Shown here one piece after another: positions 53,158 through 62,454 of a stretch of 64,000 nucleotides of DNA. Location: positions 1 through 64,000 of IMG/VR virus record IMGVR_UViG_2895442618_000001. The stretch is one strand, 5' to 3'. The notes beneath the pieces were generated by a model. It was given only the letters and a program-made list of their open reading frames with translations. It ran no database searches and was not told the origin of the DNA. How positions within the stretch are numbered: the first letter of the stretch is position 1; each line of letters opens with the position of its first letter. Source of the stretch: a virus. Lineage: Duplodnaviria > Caudoviricetes. Position numbers and translations under genes: made by a program.

Positions 53158-54753
53158 TCAGAACGGCCAGTCGCACGACCTCCCCGCCTCAAGCAGCGGG
53201 ATCAGCTTGAACGTGGAGTCGGAGAACCCGCCGAGCTCGTGCCGGTTCCCGGCGCCGGTCGGCATCGCCGCGTGCTGGTAGCCGACCAAGTTAAACCCGT
53301 ACATCGGGATGTGCTTGGGCGCGGCGTCGGTGACGTTCCCGGCGTAGTAGCCGCTCATCGTCTGCATGTCCGACAGGATGATGACCCTGTCGTGGCCGGA
53401 GTAGGTGCGCTGCACGGACGCGGCGATCTGCGTGCCGTGGCCCACCTCGCCCGTCCGCGCGGCGAATCGCTCCAACTCCCGCAGCACAGACGCGCCCTTG
53501 CCGACCTCGTGCTTGAACACGCTGTCAGCGAAGCCGTACAGGTCCACGCCGCCCTTCACTGCCAGCGACACCCCGAACAACGCCGCGGCCTGCGCCGGCG
53601 AGACGGACGACCTGCCGGAGATACGGCTACCGGTCATCGACGCCGACGTGTCCACGAGCACGAGCGTGCGCCCCTTGAACGCGGGAACGTTCGACGTGGC
53701 CAGGGTGAGCGCCTTGTCGAGCGCGTGACCCCACCGCAGCGACGGAGCATTCAGATACGCCGAGAAGAACCGGAACGGAAGCTGCCGGGAGCGGGCAACC
53801 TCCTCCGGGTTCACCAGCTTGGCGATGATCTGGTCGGCGATCTCGTCGGGGATGCCGGCCTGGTCGAAGTTGCGAAGGTTCCTCAACAGCGCCATGTAGC
53901 CCATCGACGGGATAACCGCCGTCCACGCCTGCGCGTCCATCGGCCCCTGAAGCCAGCCCGCGAGCGCCTCCCACGTCATGCCCGCGTCGGCGAGCGTGGC
54001 GTTGACCGCGGACGGCACGCCCACGGCAACGATCGCGCGGCGTTCGGCGACCGGCATCGACATGAGGTGTGCGCGGCGCCGCAGCATGGCGAGCGACTCG
54101 GGAATGTCGTTGTCGCGGCCGTGGCGCCGGTCGAGCGCGTGCCGGAAGAGGTCGCCCTGCCAGCGCTTCGCCGCGTCCGGCGACGGGTGAACGAGGTCGA
54201 TGACGTCGCCGAACCGGTAGCCCTTGGAGTCGGTGTCGTACTTGAGCAGGTTGCGCTCGTTGTACATCCGCTGGACGGCGTCGGCGATGCCGCGCTTGAC
54301 CGGCTTCGGGATCGCACGCCCGTACGTGGACGTCCAGTAGGCGAGCGCCTCCCCTGGCTCGTCTGGGCGCTGGAGCACTGTGTTCACGAGCTGCCGGTTA
54401 AGGCCCTGCTCGCCCGCGGCGAGACGTGCCTTGACCGCTTCGAGCGCGGCGACGATCGGCGCGGACCGCATGTTCGCCTCGCCGCGCAGCCACGGCAGGA
54501 ACCGGGCCAGCCACTCGCCGTCCTCGATGGCCACCTGGTGGACGAGAGCCCGGAACCGGTTGTCCCGGCCGCCGGCCTTCTCGTAGAAGGTGTCTTCGCC
54601 CACCATGTTCGACACGGCGAGCAGGAAGAGTTCTCCCTTTGCGTCCCTGATGTATCCAGGGGCTCCCTCGTGGGTGCGCCCGGATGGGGTCCGTTCGGTC
54701 TTCACCGGGCTGAACACGGCCGGGCGGGTGGTCGTGCTGTTGAACTTCGTCAT
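53158..54753 (-). CDS. rsr: Ro60/TROVE-domain RNA-binding protein
   Basis: THEGAPGY..DAKGELFLLAV, ANMRSAP, MGYMALLRNLRN, RQLPFRF, vWA MIDAS LVDTSASM, ILSDMQ. Confidence 0.95.
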   Translation of the reverse strand: MTKFNSTTTRPAVFSPVKTERTPSGRTHEGAPGYIRDAKGELFLLAVSNMVGEDTFYEKAGGRDNRFRALVHQVAIEDGEWLARFLPWLRGEANMRSAPIVAALEAVKARLAAGEQGLNRQLVNTVLQRPDEPGEALAYWTSTYGRAIPKPVKRGIADAVQRMYNERNLLKYDTDSKGYRFGDVIDLVHPSPDAAKRWQGDLFRHALDRRHGRDNDIPESLAMLRRRAHLMSMPVAERRAIVAVGVPSAVNATLADAGMTWEALAGWLQGPMDAQAWTAVIPSMGYMALLRNLRNFDQAGIPDEIADQIIAKLVNPEEVARSRQLPFRFFSAYLNAPSLRWGHALDKALTLATSNVPAFKGRTLVLVDTSASMTGSRISGRSSVSPAQAAALFGVSLAVKGGVDLYGFADSVFKHEVGKGASVLRELERFAARTGEVGHGTQIAASVQRTYSGHDRVIILSDMQTMSGYYAGNVTDAAPKHIPMYGFNLVGYQHAAMPTGAGNRHELGGFSDSTFKLIPLLEAGRSCDWPF

Positions 54754-54758
54754 AACGC

Positions 54759-54797
54759 AACGAGCCCCTCTCGAATGTCGATCGAGAGGGGCTCGTT
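54759..54797 (-). promoter_or_regulatory. perfect 16-bp hairpin covering the rsr ribosome-binding site
   Basis: AACGAGCCCCTCTCGA-N7-TCGAGAGGGGCTCGTT ends 5 nt before the ATG. Confidence 0.75.
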
Positions 54798-54805
54798 CAA
54801 GAGAT

Positions 54806-54950
54806 CGCGCCCGAGATCAAGGTCGGCGTAGGTGACTGTTTGTGTGCTCTGCCAACTGAGCTACACCCCGCGTAGTGCGGGGTGACAGGACTTGAACCTG
54901 CGACTCCACCCTCCCAAAGGAAGTAACCCATGCCTGCGCACCGGGCACGC
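54806..54950 (-). ncRNA. yrlA: YrlA-type Y RNA with circularly permuted tRNA-Pro-like domain (copy 3)
   Basis: Terminal Ro stem GCCCGGTGCG...TTGATCTCGGGC; T arm, loop-closed acceptor CACCCCG/CGGGGTG, then D arm. Confidence 0.9.
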
Positions 54951-54965
54951 GCTCTGAAGTTGTAT

Positions 54966-55095
54966 CCCTCCCGAGATCAAGGTGACGGCGGTGTTTGGCT
55001 TGTCCCGCGACGCTCGGCCAGAGCCGAGCACAGGAGTCGAACCTGTCTTGTCAGTTATTGAGACTGAAGTAACCGCAGTCAGCGCACCGGGAAGG
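54966..55095 (-). ncRNA. YrlA-like Y RNA (copy 2) with anticodon-like arm, T arm, closed acceptor and degenerate D arm
   Basis: TCCCGGTGCG...TTGATCTCGGGA; ACAGG-TTCGACT-CCTGT; GCTCGGC/GCCGAGC. Confidence 0.85.
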
Positions 55096-55112
55096 TGCAT
55101 ATCCAGTTGTGA

Positions 55113-55186
55113 GCTTCAGAGATCAGAACGGCGCCGGGTCGGTTTCATTTAGCAGATGAAGGAACCGGAGCCCTCGCACCTGAAGC
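55113..55186 (-). ncRNA. minimal Y-RNA-like element (copy 1)
   Basis: GCTTCAGGTGCG...TGATCTCTGAAGC; shares GGTGCG, GGTT(A/C)CTTC, CGCCG and TGATCTC motifs with copies 2 and 3. Confidence 0.75.
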
Positions 55187-55274
55187 ACTCCCCACCGTAG
55201 CGGTAGGCGTGACGCGTCACAGCCCATTTTCGGGCGGGTCGGGAAAAGTGATGCGATCGCCCCGAGCTATGACA

Positions 55275-55478
55275 TCACGCAGCCCTCCGGGATCGGTAGG
55301 CGCGCATCCCGGCGGCGTGCTGGCACGCCTTGGAGCAGTAGATCGCGTCCGCTCTCGGGTGCGCTCGACCTCGTCCGTCGTCCTGCCACACGAACTCGCG
55401 TCCGCAGTCCGGCAGAGCGCACGTCTTCGCGTCGGGGACCTCTCCCCTGCCGAGGCAGGTGGGGCACTGGGCGCTCAT
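55275..55478 (-). CDS. small zinc-finger protein
   Basis: CPTCLGRG, C..PDC, YCSKACQ. Confidence 0.7.
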   Translation of the reverse strand: MSAQCPTCLGRGEVPDAKTCALPDCGREFVWQDDGRGRAHPRADAIYCSKACQHAAGMRAYRSRRAA

Positions 55479-56245
55479 GACGCCTTCTCCAGGACGAGTG
55501 CGTCGTACTCGTCCTGCGTCATGACGACTGGCCCGCCGCGAGATGCTCCGCAATCACGGTTGCGGCACTCGATCTTGTCTTCGCCGTCCATCTGGGAGAG
55601 CGTCGCCAAATGGCATTGGGGGCACCTCAGGGGCTTGCTGCGTCGGCGGGGCCGGGCCTTCGCCGCCTGGTCGATGCGGCGGGTCCAGCGCAGCACACCC
55701 TCAGCGAACTCGGCTGCGAGCTCGGGGTGGGCGAGGATGCCGTCCAGATGCTTCGACAGCCAGCCGACTGCGGACGTGAGCGCCGACGCGGACGCTCCTC
55801 GGTACGGGGCGGTGAGCCAGTCCAGCTGAGACGCCCGGTAGGTGGTCTCGTGGTGTCGCAGCCAGCCCAGCAGATCGTTCAGGTCGTCGTACGCGGACGA
55901 CGGGGAGGGCGGTTCCGCCGAACCAGAGACGCGTTCTGATTCGCCGCGGGCTTCGTAGCCGTCGCCGTAGAGCAGGCGGAGCGTCATCAGCTCGTCAAGG
56001 TCGGCGAGCGCGGCGCGGACTTTCGCCTTGTCGTTCTCGCAGACGAGCGGGGCGCCGGGCCAGAAGCGGACGTCGGGCTGCTCAGGTTCGGCAGGCGGTT
56101 CGCCCTGCTGGCCGGCTGCCAGCCACGCCTCTACTGCGGCGGCGTGCGCCTCGCGGGCCTTGTGGTACGCCCTCCATGCTTCTCGGCTTCGGTGGTTACA
56201 CGAGCCTACGCAGGCCCCTTCGGGCGAGATGGACGGATCGAACAC
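55475..56245 (-). CDS. phage protein with C-terminal zinc ribbon, possible late transcription regulator
   Basis: CPQC...C...C; position at the end of the early region; function inferred. Confidence 0.6.
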   Translation of the reverse strand: MFDPSISPEGACVGSCNHRSREAWRAYHKAREAHAAAVEAWLAAGQQGEPPAEPEQPDVRFWPGAPLVCENDKAKVRAALADLDELMTLRLLYGDGYEARGESERVSGSAEPPSPSSAYDDLNDLLGWLRHHETTYRASQLDWLTAPYRGASASALTSAVGWLSKHLDGILAHPELAAEFAEGVLRWTRRIDQAAKARPRRRSKPLRCPQCHLATLSQMDGEDKIECRNRDCGASRGGPVVMTQDEYDALVLEKAS

Positions 56246-56371
56246 TGTGGTGCCTCCCCCGAGGTCGGTACGCTAGCGGGAGAAGCTTCGGCTGTGGCGG
56301 CTGAGGTGTGGCGAGGGTAGTGGGGTCGAGGGCGGTCTTCCGAGTGACGGCGGAGGGCCGCTCTTCGCGTC

Positions 56372-57628
56372 TCAGCGTCTTCGGCGGGCGGCTTGTTCCC
56401 GGCCCTGCTTGGCCAGCCACTCGCCCACGTCTACCAGCTGGTCCGGGTCCAAGCGGACGCCGACCGCGAGCAGGTAGGACTCACCCGAGCGCGGCCCGTG
56501 CATCAGCTCGACGCCGGGCAGGCGCGGGTGGCGGGAGACGAGGGCGGGATTCGGGTCGTACACAATGCGATCATTATCGCAGGTGAGACGTTGCCGTATG
56601 TCCAGACGGGCGGATCGGCAGCAAGAGCCTCAAAGCCACCTCACCCACTCGGCGATCGTCACGGGCTGCCACCACGTGGTCTCGCAGTCTGGGCACTGGT
56701 GGATGGCGAGGCGGACACTGTGGCCGATTTCGGGCCATGAGATCGCCTCAGGGTCAACGTAGGGCCGGTCCACGCACTGGTGTTGGCAGGTGAGCCATGC
56801 TGCGGTCAGTTGCTCACCGCATCCTTGGCAGAGCCCTGCAACGACTTCGCCGGCGGAGACGACCTCGACGACGTCGTCATGGGCGCACTCTGGGATGGTG
56901 GGTGCGGGGCGCCCTCGCAGCGCGTCAGTGATCCTTGAGCGGCGGAAGCGGCGGCGGGCGCGCGCGGCGGCTGCGCGGATCATGTCCTGGGTGATAGGCG
57001 GACCATGCTTCGATGCGGCCAGCGCGTCGAGTGCGTCTTGGACGTTGCTTTTCACGGCATGGAGCGTGGCGTCGTTGTCCTCGATCCGCTGCCGGTAGGC
57101 GGGCTTGGCTTTCTCCCAGGCGGCGCGCTCGGCTTCGAGGGTGGCCCACAGGTGTTCGAACGCGGGCAGGGCGTCAGGCATGGCGATCAGAGCTCCCGTT
57201 TTCGTGCGCCTCAAACAAGTCGCCTTGCCCTTCGCAGTCTCCTCCGTCTCTCCGGGAGAAGCGGGGAGAGTGCGGGGTGATGATGCCCAGCTTGGCCGCG
57301 CACTCCGGCCCGTACCCGAGTTCGCGGCTCTTGGGGTCCCACAGGAGCTTGCCGCAGCGGGCGAGGCAGTACATGGGCGGGAGGGGCGGGGCTTCGAGGT
57401 CGAGCAGGGTCAAGGCCGCTTCTGTCTGATCTGCGCTGCGGTCTTGAAGTCCTTGGTTGCCTGCTTCCAGCGGCGTTCCGCTTCGTTCCACGACTTTTCA
57501 GCCTGCTCCCAGTTCGCGATGGCCCGCTGGGCGCTGCGCTTGACGTCGCGACAGACCCAGATCGACACGGCGAGGGCCACCACGGATAGCGCCAGGGTCC
57601 CGTACGGGAGCCACACGAGCCAGTTCAC
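56372..57628 (-). CDS. four small ORFs (56372-56563; 56630-57181; DUF6011-like 57174-57413; membrane/coiled coil 57410-57628)
   Basis: Overlapping starts and stops; CGKLLWDPKSRELGYGPEC matches the DUF6011 pattern. Confidence 0.65.
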
Positions 57629-58089
57629 GTCTCCTCCTCGGGTGGTGCTGGCGTCTCTGCCTCGTCGAGGATCGCCAGCGCCTGGCGGTAGCGGCGAGCC
57701 AACGATGCGGCCTGTCTCGGCTCCAAAGTGGCCAGACGGTCAGGCGCGGAGTTGTGGCCGATGTCTGCTCTCTTGACCAGCCTGCCCATCGGGTGCGCTG
57801 CGGCTCGGCGGATGAAGTCGGCGTAAGCCTCGCCTTCGCGGCGGGTCACCGAGAGGATCGCGTCCACGGTGTCCGCTTCCACTCCAGCGGCGAGAAGGTC
57901 TTCCGCTGTCACGTCGGTGTCTTCGATGACGTCGTGGAGTATCCCCGCGATGCGGGCCTGCTCGCCGTGTTCGGTGAGCGCGTCGGCGACGGCCAGAGGG
58001 TGGTGGATGTACGGCACTCCTGCCTTGTCCGTCTGGCCGTGGTGGGCCTTCTCGGCGAGACGGTAGGCGTCCTCAAATGTGAAGGTCAT
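57625..58089 (-). CDS. RelA/SpoT-type HD hydrolase (small alarmone hydrolase, Mesh1-like)
   Basis: AHHGQTDKAGVPYIHHP, LHDVIEDT, VKRADIGHN. Confidence 0.85.
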   Translation of the reverse strand: MTFTFEDAYRLAEKAHHGQTDKAGVPYIHHPLAVADALTEHGEQARIAGILHDVIEDTDVTAEDLLAAGVEADTVDAILSVTRREGEAYADFIRRAAAHPMGRLVKRADIGHNSAPDRLATLEPRQAASLARRYRQALAILDEAETPAPPEEET

Positions 58090-58324
58090 CGGCGGTCACC
58101 TCCTTCGCCTTGCGGGCTCTCCACGTACGCGCACACCAGCCGCACACGTCCCCCGCCTCCGGGTACAGCCTGCCCTGCCCGCGCCGCGGAGGCTCCCCTG
58201 AGCGTCGCAGAGCAGGGCACGACGGGTAGACGTGATCGGTGTACTCGCCTACGTACCACTCGGTCACGGACTCGTAGCCGGCGAACGGGGCTTCGAGGTC
58301 TATGGCCAGGGCGGGGTCAGCCAT
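58073..58324 (-). CDS. hypothetical protein
   Basis: H..PSC...CGWC motif. Confidence 0.55.
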   Translation of the reverse strand: MADPALAIDLEAPFAGYESVTEWYVGEYTDHVYPSCPALRRSGEPPRRGQGRLYPEAGDVCGWCARTWRARKAKEVTADDLHI

Positions 58325-58347
58325 GGTCGGTCTCCTGGTCGTTGAGG

Positions 58348-58569
58348 TCAGAACCATCGGAGGACATGCGTCTCGCCCTCCCGCTCGTCGTGGGTGAGGA
58401 TCTGCCTGCCCGCCGCCTGCTCTGCCTCAACGTAGGCGTAGATCTGGAGCGCCCTGTTGACGATGTCCACCTCCGACAGGTTGGTGCGAGCGGCCAACTC
58501 GCCGAGCGCTCGTGACGACCGGGCTGTCAGCTTGGTCTTGATCTCCCGATAACGGAGGTCATCAGGCAC
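58348..58569 (-). CDS. ribbon-helix-helix (CopG-like) protein
   Basis: IKTKLTARSSRALGELAARTNLSEVDIVNRALQIY. Confidence 0.7.
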   Translation of the reverse strand: MPDDLRYREIKTKLTARSSRALGELAARTNLSEVDIVNRALQIYAYVEAEQAAGRQILTHDEREGETHVLRWF

Positions 58570-59370
58570 GGTCCATCCCCTTGATCTCATCGATGACGGC
58601 TTTCAGCACGCCTTGTACGGTGACGCCGTCGCCCAGGTGTTCGGCGTGGCGGTCCTCGAAGCGGCGCCGCCACTCTCGGGTGATCACCATGTCGTCGAAG
58701 TGGCGGGCGATCCGGGTCCGCTCGCCTGCCGCGTCTTTGCGGTCCTGGTCGTCGGCGATCAGATCCGCTGTGCCCCGGTCTCCCATCGCCCGCGTGTATC
58801 CCTCGTCATAGCCCTCCCGGTACACCCGGTCGAGGATCTGCCGGATGACGAACACCCGCTCGTACGGGGAGGTGTCGTTGAGGGTGGCGAGCTTGCGGAT
58901 CGGGACGGTGAAGTCAGGCATCGGCGGACTCCTCGGGTAGGGCGGCGCGGAGGCGGTTCATCGCGTCCCGTTCCTCTTCGGTCATGTCGACGCCTCGGTA
59001 CGTGTAGGCGCGCAGGTCTTCAGCGGAGACGACGACCAGGCCCGCGCCGGCGAGGGCGTCTACGGCGGCTTCTACGGTTGCCCGTACCAGGTCCTCGCGG
59101 GAGGCTCCGGACACCCAGGCGCATTCGTGAGCCCGTACGGCGTCGCGTAGGGCTTCCTCGGGGATCTCAGGCACTCTGCACCTCCTTGATCGGGGTGAGC
59201 CGGTACCGCCACACCACGGGATCGTTCCGGGCGACGTCCTGCTCGCCTCGGTCGCCGCACGGCTCGCACACCAGAGAAGTCTTCCGTTGGATGCGCTTGA
59301 AGTAGAAGACGAACGCCTGCGTGGCAGGGCTGTTACGACACCATTCACAGGTGATCGGAGTCTCAGGCAT
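58562..59370 (-). CDS. three small ORFs (58562-58921, 58914-59174, 59167-59370)
   Basis: 8-nt ATGCCTGA/GTGCCTGA start-stop overlaps. Confidence 0.6.
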
Positions 59371-59746
59371 CGGGGTCTCCGTTCGCGATCTCCAGCAAAA
59401 CGCGGGCGTGGCACCAGTCGGTCTCTCCCGGCTCGGGCAGTGGACACCAGCACGCGAGATCCTTGCCCGCCAGTTCGCGCCGGATCTCGTCCTTGCTCGG
59501 GTAGCCGGACATGCCGCCGCTGTAGGCGACGGCAGCCTGGAAGTCCACCACGGCGTAGCGGCGGCGGGCGGAAGTGGGGCTTGAGAACGGCTCGCCGTCG
59601 CAGTCGAACCGAACGGAAGGGTAATCAGTCCAGCGGAGCGGATTTCCCCACTTCGTTGGGCGGCCTACGTACACGGCTCCCTCGGGCATGGTCCAGCCCT
59701 TCGTGCGTCTCCTCTGGATGCGCTTGGGCTCTCGGGTCTCAGGCAC
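59363..59746 (-). CDS. DUF4326-family protein
   Basis: RIQRRRTKGW...VYVGRPTKWGNP...ELAGKDLACWC...CHA. Confidence 0.85.
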   Translation of the reverse strand: MPETREPKRIQRRRTKGWTMPEGAVYVGRPTKWGNPLRWTDYPSVRFDCDGEPFSSPTSARRRYAVVDFQAAVAYSGGMSGYPSKDEIRRELAGKDLACWCPLPEPGETDWCHARVLLEIANGDPDA

Positions 59747-62310
59747 GCCCCATCACCCTCTCAAGATCCGCTTTCGCCTGGTCGCAGGTCTTCTCGATGG
59801 CGGAGCCGTACACGTGGCTCCGGTTCTGCAGGACAGCCGCCTCGCATCTCTTGCATGTCCACCGGGAGGCGCTGGATGCGAAGGGCGGGTCCCACTCCAT
59901 GGTGTGGCCGAGCGCCTCAGCGTGCTGTACGGGGGATTGGGAGGTCACCGCTCCGTCTCCGTCTCCTCGTGCACCGTCCACTCGGGGACGTCCCGGGACA
60001 CCACGACGGCGTCAACCGGGAGCCCTTTGCGCTTCTGCCACGCTCGGGTGTCGCTCACGGTCGCTCGGGCCGCCGCCAGTCCGGCGTTGCCGAACCCGGT
60101 CAGGTCGTAGACCGTGGCCTGCTTGTCGTCGCGGGTTTCCGGGTCGTAGGCGTAGCCGGTGAAGCGGCAGGCGTACTCGGTGTTGACGTCGGCCACGGCT
60201 CAGCCCTCCTTCGGGGAGTCCGGGAAGACCGCCCCGAGCTTCTGGACAAACTCCTCAAGCACCTGCTCGGCGCGACGCTTCAGCACGTCGGCGTCGTCGT
60301 CCTTCAACGCCTGCGTGTCCAAGCCGGGCAGCTTCGTCCTGAGGGTGTGATCGGGGTCTTCGCGGCGGATCTTCCAGTCGATAGTGAACAGGCAGAGGCC
60401 GCCCACGTAGCCGTTCAGGCTGCTGTACGGGGCGTTCACCCAAAGGATGCGGGGCATCGGGCATCTCCTTGTCGATGAGGGTCTTGTGGATCTGAGCGCC
60501 CTCTCCGCGTTCTGAGCGCGTGCCCGGCCGTACCGGGAGAGGGCTGGGAGGGTCAGTCGTCGGTGTCTTCGGCAGGGGCAGGCTTGCTACCTCGGCGGCG
60601 GTGCCACTCCAGGAACCAGTCGCAGGTACACACGTCGTCGTGGACACCCATCGCGAAGATGAGGTCCGTGTCGCTCATCGACGCGGGATCGGGCGGGGAC
60701 TCGCTCATGGTCGGTTCTCCGGAGGTTGAGGAGTCCCGGAAGGGACTCCGGGACAGAAGGTCACTCGTCCACCACGGAGCCGCCGCCATCGACGTACTCC
60801 CAGATCCACTCCTTCCACTCCTCGTGGACGCGCTCCTCCTGCTGCTCCGAGGTGAGAGCGTTCCACTCGCTCACAGGAATCCCCGTGTCGATCACGTCGC
60901 TGCGCTCGGCGTTCGCCAGGCCGATGCCGAGCGTCACCGCCAGCTTGATCGTCGGCTCGTTGTCCATATCTGACTCCTTGGTCATCGTCGGGGGGTTGGG
61001 GTCCGCTCTCCCGGTAGAAGAGACACCGGGAGAGCGGGAGGGGTCAGGTGTCGAGCGTGAACGCCGGGTCCCACAGGCGACCTGCGTGCAGGTCCACCAG
61101 CTCGGCCGCCCATTCGTCGCCCGCCCGCGCCGCCTTCAGGTGCTCTTGCGCCTGCCCCCACAGCCGGTCCATCAGGCCGGGAGCGAAGAACACCACAGCG
61201 GCGGCGCGCTCGTACCCGAGCGGGTTGGCGTCGGACACCGCCGGCCACCACAGGACGTGCGTGTCGCCCTCGCGGGCTTCGACGCGCTCGGTCGCCGTGG
61301 CGAGCGCTGCGTCGATGCCCCGGATCTTGCGGGCGATCCGTAGGTAGGCGTCAGCGTCTGGGTTGCCGGTGGCGACGAGCTTGCCGAGCATCGCGGTCTC
61401 CTACGTCGAGGGCGGGCATTGGGGTCAGGAAGAGGAGGGGGCCCCTTGCGGGGCCCTTGGGGTCAGCGGGTGGACAAGAACTCGGCGAGGGCGTCCATCG
61501 GCGAGGAGGGTGCCTCAGGACTGGGGTTGGCCAGCGTGGGCAACTCGACCACGACGATCTCGCGGTGCAGCCACGCCACCAGCGCGTCGCTGTCGGTCTT
61601 GCACAGGTCGATCCAGCGCGGACCCGCCTCGGTCTGCACCACGTAGGCGGTGGTCGCGGTCTTGGGGCAGCGCAGGCACGGGTGGCCTTCAGCGGCGCGG
61701 GTGGCGCGCTGGTCTGCGGTGTCGTTCGCGGGCGCCGGAGGCAGGTCGCTCCAGTTGATGGCCATGGCGGGTCAGCCCTGGAAGTACGCGAAGTCGAAGG
61801 TGCAGTCGTTGCCGTCGTTGTCGAGGACCTCGATGTTCCAGGCGACGTCCTCGGACGCCTTCATGAGCACCTTGCCGATCGTCTCGACGCCGGAGGCGGG
61901 CAGGTGGCGGACGACCTTGACGGTCTCGCCGCTGCCCTTGGCGCGGGTCTCGTAGGACAGCGTGAAGACCTTGGCGTAGCGGCCCTGGCGGTCGCGGTTG
62001 AGGGTGCCGAGGTTGATCTCGCGGACGGCGGTGGTCATGTCGTCTCCTCGTTGCTGGGTTTGGTCTACGTGCCCGTCCGGGTCTCGCACCCGGATGACTG
62101 CTGGTCGGGCTGGGCGGCCCCGGTCTCCCGGGGCCCTTGGGGTCTTCAGTCGGTCCACTCGGGGCAGAGGGCGGGCCTCTCCTTCCGGACCGCCGCCCAG
62201 AACTGGTCCTCGCTCTTGGAGTCCATGCCGGCCGAGTAGTCGATCAGCTCCTGGAGGGTGATGTTCGGGTTGTCGGCGAGGAGGGCGGCGGCGGTGAGGC
62301 GGGCGGTCAT
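59739..62310 (-). CDS. array of small early phage ORFs (59739-59948, 59945-60196, 60200-60457, 60553-60708, 60761-60985, 61044-61391, 61463-61765, 61772-62038, 62146-62310)
   Basis: Co-oriented, with RBSs and GC hairpins between genes; no recognised domains. Confidence 0.55.
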
Positions 62311-62346
62311 CTCGTGCTCCCTGGTCGGTGTCCCTTGCTGATAACC

Positions 62347-62385
62347 CCAACGTATTGGCCAACCTGTTGGGTGTCAATAGGTTGG
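62347..62385 (-). promoter_or_regulatory. consensus sigma70/HrdB promoter overlapped by three CCAA-N4-TTGG operators
   Basis: TTGACA (62377-62372)-N17-TACGTT (62354-62349); dyads at 62347, 62359, 62374. Confidence 0.8.
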
Positions 62386-62454
62386 CGGGGCGAATGCCAG
62401 CAGCCCCAACGCGGTGGCCTTCCCGGTGGGCTTTCGGTGTGCGAGGATGAGGCC

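Noticed and set aside
54846-54918. A functional tRNA-Pro gene
   Set aside because: Arms are in permuted order (T before D), the acceptor is closed by a loop, and the unit is embedded in a Ro-binding stem
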